From NCBI GenBank assembly GCA_019634695.1, contig JAHCAW010000017.1, positions 7,322-71,321 on the forward strand: 64,000 nucleotides of DNA. The letters run 5' to 3'. This DNA is from Candidatus Sumerlaeia bacterium. Its GTDB lineage: Bacteria > Sumerlaeota > Sumerlaeia > SLMS01 > JAHLLQ01. The notes under the pieces were generated by a model that worked only from the letters and a program-made list of their open reading frames with translations, searched no databases and was not told the origin of the DNA. A program made the translations under genes and the position numbers. The stretch's first letter is position 1. Each line of letters starts with the position of its first letter. Below are positions 39,470-47,086 of this stretch, one piece after another.

Positions 39470-42400
39470 GGCGGCGGCGCCTCGGGGCCGAGCAGCGTGG
39501 CCAGTTCGTTGGCGCGGTTGCGCACGACGAGCGACTCCTGGCGGTCGGTGGTGCGCTGGGCGACGAAGTCATACAGGCGCAGCGCCTCGAGCAGCGCCTC
39601 GCGCAATGCAGGCGTGTCGGCGATGGGCAACGGCTCGTTGGCGCGGCGAGCGGCATCCTGGCGCGCGGCGAGTTTGCCCATGTCGGCGCGATGCGGCGCG
39701 AGCAGCGATTCCGCCAGCAGCACCCATGCGGCGTTCCACGGCGGCGGGTCCGCGATGGCAAGGCGGGCACGGGCGAACTCGGCCGCCACGTCGGGACGTC
39801 CGAGGATCGCTTCCAGATGAATGCCGGCATCGATCAGCGACTCGGGCTGTCGGGTGCCCTGCTCGAGCAGCGCATCGTATTCTCGGCGCGCGGCCTCGGG
39901 GTCCTGGCGTCGATCGGCTTCGGCCGCGGCGAGCAGGCGCCGCAGCATGTTGCGGTACTCCCGAGGTCGCCCTTCGAGGGCCAGCAGCGGATGGTCGAGT
40001 GCCGTGGTGGCCAGGTCGAAGCGCTGCTCGCGCAGGGCGATGAGCGCTTGCACGGCCGGACCGGTTGGATTCTCGATCTCGAGGAGCTTCTCGGCGAGCA
40101 GCCGCGCGGTCGGCAGGTCGCCATGCAGGGCGGCCGTCGTGGCGGCGTGCTCCCGGAAGGTGAGGTTCGCCGGGTCGATGCGCATCATCAGTCGGAAGCG
40201 TTCGTAGGAACGGCGATAGTCGAGCAGCGCACGTTGCTTCAGCGCATCCTTCAGGATCGTCTCGTTGAAGTAGAGCGGGTGGAAGTGGTAGAGCAGCCGA
40301 TAGAGATGATCGACCTCTGCCTCGGAGCGGGCACCGAAGCGTTCCTTCCACTCGATGAGGGTGCGGACCATGTCGGGGTCGCCCGGGTTCATCAGCACGG
40401 CGAACTCGAGGTCGGCCATGGCGGCGTGCAGGGCGGCGTCGCGTTCGATGCCCTCGGAAAACCGGTACGTCTGGTAGTGGATCAGGGCGCGCTGGTAGTA
40501 CGAGCCGTGGAAGCGGAACTCGTTGAGCGAGCGATTGAGGAGTTCGAGTGCCTCTCCGGCGGCGATCAGGCCGCGCCGACGCATATCCTCGGCGAAGGAA
40601 TTGTCGCCGGCACGCAGGGCGGCGGAACGCTCGCGGTCCAGGTTCGACGCTGCGATATAGAGCACGCGCGCGCCGTAGTAGTAGGGCTCGCCGTGCAGCG
40701 GTATCAGCCGGCGCGCGTCCTTCAGGTTCTGGTGGCCCTGCATGATGTACTGCGGATCGGGCGACTGTCCCTGCGCCTGAAGATCAAGGTAGGCATCCAT
40801 GGCACTCTGCGCGCGAAGACTCAAGGTGTTGGCGGCGAACCACTCGCAAGCCATCGCGGAGATGGCGACAACGGCCGCGGCGAGCAGCGGGACGAGCGCG
40901 AGCCATGCGCCGGCCAGCGCGGTCTGGAGCTTCGAGCCGTTCGTCGCCGGGCCCTTGCGGCGAGCGGGCGGCGGGGGAGGCTCGCCGGTGCCGGATGCGC
41001 GCTCGTCCAGCTTGGCCACGGGGATCAGCCACAGGCGGTCGCCCGCGCTCCACATGGCCAGCAGGAGCACAAGTGTCGCGGAAAGCGGCGCCACGCGCAG
41101 CGGAAAGTCGAGCAGGCAGTGCACCAGCATGGCGACCAGCGACGTCAGGATCGCCATCTGCAACGCGATGTGGCGTTGTCGGAAGGTGCGGCGCACCGTC
41201 TTCCATCCCGACAGCAGGATCGCCGTCACGCCCGCCAGCGCCAGCGCCAGCCCGAGCAGTCCGGTCTCGAACAACGTCTGCAAGTACTCGTTGTGCGCAT
41301 GGAAGGACTTGCGCGGCGTCGGCATGATGCGCGACTCGGGATTCGCCGCGTAGTACTCGCCCTGTGCCTGCGGGTAGACAAAGTGGAACGAGCCGAATCC
41401 CGTGCCGAGCAACGGATGGCTGCGGATCACCGGCCACGAGCAGACCGGAATGCGCAGGCGCGTCTCGGTCAGCAGGTGTTCCGGCGCCATGTGCTGGATG
41501 CGGACCGCCAGCGGCAGGTTCTTGCGATACAGCGGATTGGCCGGGTGCTTGATGAACTGGCTGAGTAGCAGCACCGCGAGCACGAGTGGAATCGCCACCC
41601 AGATCGCCAGCGGCGGCCGCAGGCCCGCGCGCCGCGCCAGCAGCGCCACCAGCGCCCCGAACGCCACCAGCAGAATCGGAATCACCGCGCGGCTCTGTGC
41701 CATGATCAGCGCCACCGCCATCACGGCCATCGCCCCCCACACCAGCGCCTTCACCCACTTGGCCATCCGGTCGCCGTGCGTCATCAGCAACGTCCACGCA
41801 ATCAACAGCGGCGCGATCATGAACGACGACAACGCCGTGTTGTGGCCGATGAACCCGGCAACGTCGTTGCGATAGTTGTCCGGTCCCCACTTCACCCAGA
41901 TCGCCGACAGGCCCGGCAGGCCCGCGTGCACGAGCACGGCGACCGCCGCCGCCACAACGCCCAGCCCGAGGATCAGGCCCAACAGCTTGTAGACCAGACG
42001 CCGCGTGCGAATCGCATCCTCGGCAACGACGAAGAACAGCAGGCCGCCCAGCACCTGCACCCATGCGGTCCATGCGTGATAGGTGCCCGCGCCCTGCGGC
42101 ATGGCCATGCGATGCAACCACGCGAAGAGCCCCGCGCGGGCACCCTCGAGCGCTTCGGCCTCCGGCGCGATCGGCACCGCGTCCACCGGCGGCTTCGGCG
42201 CCCAGCCCAGTCCGCTGAACGACACCAGCGCCAGCACCAGATACCCCACGATGCAGAGCAACGGGACCAGCCGCCCCCAGTCGCGCCGCGATGGCGTCGC
42301 CACCGGCGGCAGCACGGGCACGCGGAAGAAGGCCTCGTACAGGCGCGCCAACAGGTGCGCCGCGAACAGCGGCAGCGCCGCCAGCAGCCACACCGTCGTC

Positions 42401-42723
42401 TTGAGTTCGAGCACCGGCAGGCCCTGCGACAGGAACGGCGCGAAGTCCTGAATCAGCAGGGCGAAAGGATTCGCGCCCGGCACGACCGGTGCCCCGTCGT
42501 TCAGGCGCATCATCCAGTCGCTCAGCCGCACGAGCCACGACTCGGGAAGACTGAGGTGGTAGGCCAGAACGGCCCCCAGGAAGGCGGCCATCAGGGCCAG
42601 CTCGACGAACTTGCCGAGCACCAGCGGCACCGTGAGCCGCGCGGCGGGCTCGTCCGGCACGGCGCGCCGGCGCCGGACCCGCGTGGCGCTCGACGACCCC
42701 GCCTTCTTTCGGTGTTTCGCCAT
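39466..42723 (-). CDS. O-antigen ligase-like (Wzy_C) membrane domain fused to a C-terminal TPR-repeat domain
   Basis: ATG at complement 42721-42723 (MAKHRKKAGSS...). It has ~12 TM helices with the GTGFGSFHFVYP...HAHNEYLQTLFETGLLG ligase signature. A ~550-aa helical TPR-like tail follows. Confidence 0.65.
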   Translation of the reverse strand: MAKHRKKAGSSSATRVRRRRAVPDEPAARLTVPLVLGKFVELALMAAFLGAVLAYHLSLPESWLVRLSDWMMRLNDGAPVVPGANPFALLIQDFAPFLSQGLPVLELKTTVWLLAALPLFAAHLLARLYEAFFRVPVLPPVATPSRRDWGRLVPLLCIVGYLVLALVSFSGLGWAPKPPVDAVPIAPEAEALEGARAGLFAWLHRMAMPQGAGTYHAWTAWVQVLGGLLFFVVAEDAIRTRRLVYKLLGLILGLGVVAAAVAVLVHAGLPGLSAIWVKWGPDNYRNDVAGFIGHNTALSSFMIAPLLIAWTLLMTHGDRMAKWVKALVWGAMAVMAVALIMAQSRAVIPILLVAFGALVALLARRAGLRPPLAIWVAIPLVLAVLLLSQFIKHPANPLYRKNLPLAVRIQHMAPEHLLTETRLRIPVCSWPVIRSHPLLGTGFGSFHFVYPQAQGEYYAANPESRIMPTPRKSFHAHNEYLQTLFETGLLGLALALAGVTAILLSGWKTVRRTFRQRHIALQMAILTSLVAMLVHCLLDFPLRVAPLSATLVLLLAMWSAGDRLWLIPVAKLDERASGTGEPPPPPARRKGPATNGSKLQTALAGAWLALVPLLAAAVVAISAMACEWFAANTLSLRAQSAMDAYLDLQAQGQSPDPQYIMQGHQNLKDARRLIPLHGEPYYYGARVLYIAASNLDRERSAALRAGDNSFAEDMRRRGLIAAGEALELLNRSLNEFRFHGSYYQRALIHYQTYRFSEGIERDAALHAAMADLEFAVLMNPGDPDMVRTLIEWKERFGARSEAEVDHLYRLLYHFHPLYFNETILKDALKQRALLDYRRSYERFRLMMRIDPANLTFREHAATTAALHGDLPTARLLAEKLLEIENPTGPAVQALIALREQRFDLATTALDHPLLALEGRPREYRNMLRRLLAAAEADRRQDPEAARREYDALLEQGTRQPESLIDAGIHLEAILGRPDVAAEFARARLAIADPPPWNAAWVLLAESLLAPHRADMGKLAARQDAARRANEPLPIADTPALREALLEALRLYDFVAQRTTDRQESLVVRNRANELATLLGPEAPPP

Positions 42724-42878
42724 GACTCCGCGGCCCGCAAGGCCCTCCGTCGGCGCACGATTCCAGCCCCCCGCGAGGCATGCCAAGCGAAAAGCCCCGC
42801 CCCACCAGAGCCGTTGACACCCGCCGCCGCGGACGACTTGCCTTGGGCAGCCGTTCGGGGTGCCCAGGAGGAAGGACC

Positions 42879-43631
42879 GTGAAACTCAGGAAGAAGTGCG
42901 CCATCGTGGTCGGGGCCTCCTCGGGTATCGGCGCCGCGGTGGCACGGCGTCTTGCCCGCGCCGGCTGGCACCTGGCCCTCGTGGCCCGCCGTCAGGAGGC
43001 GCTCAACCAAGTTGCGGCCGACATTGCCCGTCTGCCGGGTGCGCACCCCGCCCTCGTCTATCCGCACGATGTCACGAACTACGACGAGGTGCCGGCGCTG
43101 TTCGACCGGATTGCCGACGATCTGGGCGGGCTCGAACTCGTCCTGTATGCCTCGGGCGTGATGCCTGACGTCGGGCCGGAGGAGTTCGACTTCGCCAAGG
43201 ACCGCGCGATGGTCGAGGTGAACCTGCTGGGCATGATCGCGTGGCTGAATCAGGCGGCGGACCTGTTCGCGCGCCTGGAGGGCGGCACGATCGCCGGCAT
43301 CGGTTCGGTGGCCGGCGACCGCGGCCGGCGCGACCGCCCGGGTTACAACACCAGCAAGGGCGCCCAAGCCATCTTCCTCGAGTCGCTGCGCAATCGCTTG
43401 GCGCCGCGCAACGTGCGCGTCGTCACAATCAAGCCCGGCCCCGTCGCCACGCCGATGACCGAGGGGCTCGGACAGATGCCTTTCATGATTTCCGCCAACG
43501 AGGCCGCACGCCAGATCGTGCGCGCGCTCGAGTCGTCCCGCTCCACCGTCTACGTCCCGCATCGCTGGGCTGTCATCATGCTCGTCATCCGGCACATCCC
43601 GTCGTTCCTGTTCCGACGGCTGGGAATCTGA
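42879..43631 (+). CDS. short-chain dehydrogenase/reductase, DprE2-like (polyprenyl-phospho-2-keto-pentose reductase homolog)
   Basis: GTG start with AGGAGGAAGGA SD. Rossmann motif VVGASSGIGAAVARRLA. The catalytic YxxxK is present as Y-N-T-S-K. The C-terminal tail IMLVIRHIPSFLFRRLGI is near-identical in pattern to the M. tuberculosis DprE2 C-terminus (MMVLRHIPRSIFRKLPI, recalled from memory). Confidence 0.7.
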   Translation: MKLRKKCAIVVGASSGIGAAVARRLARAGWHLALVARRQEALNQVAADIARLPGAHPALVYPHDVTNYDEVPALFDRIADDLGGLELVLYASGVMPDVGPEEFDFAKDRAMVEVNLLGMIAWLNQAADLFARLEGGTIAGIGSVAGDRGRRDRPGYNTSKGAQAIFLESLRNRLAPRNVRVVTIKPGPVATPMTEGLGQMPFMISANEAARQIVRALESSRSTVYVPHRWAVIMLVIRHIPSFLFRRLGI

Positions 43632-43639
43632 GGCCCGCG

Positions 43640-45118
43640 ATGTCCGTCTCCGCGCCCGCAAGGCTGGACGCCCGCACGCTGTTGGGTCCGCGCCACTGGG
43701 CGCGCGTCGAGGGCTGGGGCATGGCGGTCTCTGCGCTTGGGCATCTTGTGCGCCCGCGCGACATCGACGAACTGCGCGCCCTCTTCGCCTTCGCCCGCGA
43801 AACAGGCACGCCCGTGACGCTGCGCGGCGGCGGGCGCAGCTACGGCGACGCGGCCATCGGCCAAGGCTGTCTGATCCTCGACCTGACGGCCATGAATCGC
43901 ATCCTCTCCTGGGATCCGGAGACCGGCATCGTCGATGCCGAACCCGGCGTCACCATCGAGCAACTCTGGAAGCGTATCGTCCCCGACGGCTGGTGGCCCG
44001 CCGTCGTCAGCGGCACGATGTTCACCACGATGGGCGGCTGTGCCGCCATGAACATCCACGGCAAGAACAACTACCGCGTCGGCCCGTTCGGCGACCAGGT
44101 GCTCGAGTTCGATCTGCTGCTGCCCAACGGCGAGCTGCTGACGTGCGACCGCGAGCGCCACGCCGACCTGTTCCATGCCGCCATCGGCGGCTTCGGCATG
44201 CTCGGGTGCTTCACGCGCATCCGCCTGCGCACGAAGAAGGTCCACTCCGGCAACCTTGCCATCGAGGCCTTTCCGACGACGTCGATCCCGCACATGATCG
44301 AGGAGTTCGAGGACCGCGTGCCGGACGCCGACTATCTTGTCGGATGGATCGATTGCATCGCGGGCGGTCGCTCGTCCGGGCGTGGGATCGTGCATCGCGC
44401 GGATTACCTGCGCGAGGGCGTCGATCCGGTGCCGCGCGAATCACTCGTCCTGCGCGCGCAGGAACTGCCGTCGAAAGTCTTCGGCCTCCCCAAGTCGCTG
44501 CTCTGGTGGCCGCTCGGCCTGTTCATCAATGACACGGGCATGCGCGCCGTGAACGCGGCGAAGTTCCATGCCGGCCGCCTGCTGCCCGTCGGCGCCGTCT
44601 ATCCGCAGGCGCACGCCGCCTTCGCCTTCCTGCTCGACTATGTGCCCAACTGGAAGTGGGCCTACAAGCCCGGCGGCCTGATCCAGTACCAGAGCTTCAT
44701 CCCGCGCGCGAACGCCGCGCGCACGTTCGAGACGCTGCTGCGCATGAGCCGCAAGGCCGGCCTGCCCGCCTACCTCGGCGTCTTCAAGAAGCATCGCCCC
44801 GACCCCTTCCTGCTGACGCACGCGGTCGATGGCTACTCGCTCGCACTCGACTACCGCGTGACCGCCGGCAACCGCGAGGCCCTGTGGCGGCTGTGCCATC
44901 GGATGGACGAAGTCGTTCTCGCGGCCGGCGGGCGCTTCTACTTCGCCAAGGATCTGACGCTGCGGTCGCGCACGGCTGCCCGTTTCCTGCCGCGCGAGAA
45001 CCTCGACACCTTCGTCGCGCTCAAGCACCGATGCGATCCGGGCAACGTCCTGCAGACCGATCTCTCGCGTCGCCTCTTCGCGTCGCACTTTGCCGACACC
45101 GGGCAACAGGATCCATGA
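43640..45118 (+). CDS. FAD-linked oxidase, DprE1-like (polyprenyl-phospho-ribose 2'-oxidase homolog)
   Basis: The FAD-binding PCMH region has a GGGRSYGD motif, as in DprE1's GLGRSYGD. Other matches are NIHGKNNYRVGPFGDQV, as in DprE1's DIHGKNHHSAGSFGNHV, and GGRFYFAKD, as in DprE1's GGRLYTAKD. Confidence 0.7.
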   Translation: MSVSAPARLDARTLLGPRHWARVEGWGMAVSALGHLVRPRDIDELRALFAFARETGTPVTLRGGGRSYGDAAIGQGCLILDLTAMNRILSWDPETGIVDAEPGVTIEQLWKRIVPDGWWPAVVSGTMFTTMGGCAAMNIHGKNNYRVGPFGDQVLEFDLLLPNGELLTCDRERHADLFHAAIGGFGMLGCFTRIRLRTKKVHSGNLAIEAFPTTSIPHMIEEFEDRVPDADYLVGWIDCIAGGRSSGRGIVHRADYLREGVDPVPRESLVLRAQELPSKVFGLPKSLLWWPLGLFINDTGMRAVNAAKFHAGRLLPVGAVYPQAHAAFAFLLDYVPNWKWAYKPGGLIQYQSFIPRANAARTFETLLRMSRKAGLPAYLGVFKKHRPDPFLLTHAVDGYSLALDYRVTAGNREALWRLCHRMDEVVLAAGGRFYFAKDLTLRSRTAARFLPRENLDTFVALKHRCDPGNVLQTDLSRRLFASHFADTGQQDP

Positions 45119-45555
45119 ATACGCTCTCGCTCTACTTCGCCTACGGGTCGAACATGAGCAGCGCGCAGATGGCTGCGCGTTGTCCCGGCGCCCGGCCGGA
45201 CGGCGGGGCCGAGCTGGCCGATTGGCGTTTCCTCATCAACAACCGCGGCGTCGCCACGATCGCACCGGCCCCGGGCCAGCGTGTTCTCGGTGTGCTCTGG
45301 ACGTGTACCGCCGTTCACCTGCGCGCCCTCGACGGATTCGAAGGCGTGCAGCTCGGCCTCTATCGCCGCGAGCGCGTCGCCGTCCGGCGCGTCGATGACG
45401 GCACGACAGTCGAGGCAGTCGCCTACATCGAAGACAACGTCGCGCCCGGCCCGCCGCGGGCAGGCTATCTCGAGCGCATCCTCGCCGGTGCCGCCGAGCA
45501 TGGACTCGATGCCGCCTATCGCGTCTGGCTCGAGTCTTTTGCCGACGCGGATTGA
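45115..45555 (+). CDS. gamma-glutamyl cyclotransferase-like (GGCT/AIG2 family) protein
   Basis: N-terminal YFAYGSNM motif is diagnostic of the GGCT fold. The ATG overlaps the DprE1-like stop (ATGA). Confidence 0.65.
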   Translation: MNTLSLYFAYGSNMSSAQMAARCPGARPDGGAELADWRFLINNRGVATIAPAPGQRVLGVLWTCTAVHLRALDGFEGVQLGLYRRERVAVRRVDDGTTVEAVAYIEDNVAPGPPRAGYLERILAGAAEHGLDAAYRVWLESFADAD

Positions 45556-46997
45556 GGCTCGCCCTCTTCCTTCCGCCGCAGGATAAACAACTGGTTGCGG
45601 GGTGCCTTGCGCAGATCCTCGCGCGCGGCCTCCTCCTGTGGCGTCAGGACCTCCCCGGTCGCGCACACGTCGAAGGCCGACGCGAGATGCTCGAAACCGG
45701 TCAGGCGGAACAGCCATCGCCACTGCCAGTACGTCAGCACGAAGACATGGTGCATGACGCCGTGACTGTAGTAGGACATGGCCTGCTCGACCACGTTGCA
45801 TGTGATGGGATCGACCTTGAAGTCGAAGGTGTCCGTCTCGGGATCGTAGGCGTCGGGGAAGTCGTCCGCGACGTTTCCGTCGATCGGGACCGGCAAGTTG
45901 ACGAACAGGTGGCCGCCGGGCTTGAGGATGCGGCGAACCTCGCGCAGCAGCAGGAACGGCACGATCGAGTGCTCGAGCACGTGACTCGTCAGCACCGCAT
46001 CGAAGGTTCCGGAGGCGACGGGGATCGCGTGCATCTCGGCCTCGATGGTCGTCATTCCGCGGCGCCGGCACTCCTCCAACTCGGATGGATTGCCGGAGAT
46101 CGCCGTCACGTCGAACCCGGCCGCGAGGAAGTGATGGCCGATGAAGCCGGGACCGGCGCCGATGTCGGCGAGCCGCAAACCTCTCGGCTCGGCGACGGGC
46201 ATGTTGTCGCGGAACCACTTCCACCAACCTGGCAGAGTGCCCTTGAAGTAGGCGTCGAAGTTCTCCGGGCGCATCCACTCCGGCGACTGTGGGAAGGAGG
46301 AGCGCACCGATCCGCGCTGGAAGTAGGTCTCGAGTTCCACGCGAACCAGTTCATCGGCGTCGCTGGCCGTGTCGAGCAACAGCTTGCGAATGCCGGAAGA
46401 CCTGAGAAGGTAGCGCGCGAGGCGCTGACCGCCGAGCGCGGCGAACAGGCGGCCGCGTCGCCCGCGTCGGTCCTCCTGCTGGGCCTCGATGAGTCGCGTG
46501 CGAAAGTTCGTGCTTCGAGGAAACAGGCGCATCGCCTCGGCATGAAGCGCGGCCCGCTCCCGCGCCGACAGAATGCGCGAGCTGGCGTCGCTGAGATGCT
46601 TCCAGACCTCCTCGACTCCGGAGCAGCGCCGCGCAAGGACGTGCATGGCGCGCACCGTCTCGGCCGTCGGGCCGTCGCGCAACGTGCGGATGCGCAGCAG
46701 CCAGAATCCGGGCTCGGGATTCTCGGGCTGGATTTCCTCGAGCTTGCGGTACAGGGCTTCCGCCGCTGTCAGGTCGCCGCTGCCGAGATGCAGCCACGCG
46801 AGCAGGCCGATGGCGCCGGCATCCGCCGGTTGGGCGCCGCAATGGCATTGCAGCAGCGCGATGGCCTCGGAGACGAGCCGTGCTTCCAGCGCGACGCGAG
46901 CCTGTGAGACAAGATCAGTCAACCGGACTGCTCCCTCTCCTCCGACGACGGGACGATTGTCCCGTGGCCTGGGCCTGCCTGCGGAGTCGAAGGGCAT
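45516..46997 (-). CDS. class I SAM-dependent methyltransferase with N-terminal helical (TPR-like) region
   Basis: Only the C-terminal 494 aa of the 1634-aa track ORF is real. It starts at MPFDSAGRP... (complement ATG 46995-46997). Motif I is LADIGAGPGFIGHHFLAAGFDV and the post-I region is ILKPGGHLFV. The upstream 1100 aa of the ORF is an Arg-rich shadow of the kinase gene. Confidence 0.55.
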   Translation of the reverse strand: MPFDSAGRPRPRDNRPVVGGEGAVRLTDLVSQARVALEARLVSEAIALLQCHCGAQPADAGAIGLLAWLHLGSGDLTAAEALYRKLEEIQPENPEPGFWLLRIRTLRDGPTAETVRAMHVLARRCSGVEEVWKHLSDASSRILSARERAALHAEAMRLFPRSTNFRTRLIEAQQEDRRGRRGRLFAALGGQRLARYLLRSSGIRKLLLDTASDADELVRVELETYFQRGSVRSSFPQSPEWMRPENFDAYFKGTLPGWWKWFRDNMPVAEPRGLRLADIGAGPGFIGHHFLAAGFDVTAISGNPSELEECRRRGMTTIEAEMHAIPVASGTFDAVLTSHVLEHSIVPFLLLREVRRILKPGGHLFVNLPVPIDGNVADDFPDAYDPETDTFDFKVDPITCNVVEQAMSYYSHGVMHHVFVLTYWQWRWLFRLTGFEHLASAFDVCATGEVLTPQEEAAREDLRKAPRNQLFILRRKEEGEPQSASAKDSSQTR

Positions 46998-47086
46998 CGA
47001 CGCGAACGCCGACACCGCCTTGAGGGTCGCGGCAGGCGTCGGCGGTGGTCCACCGGTATTGTCGGGGTCCGGCGAAGTCGCGGCGA

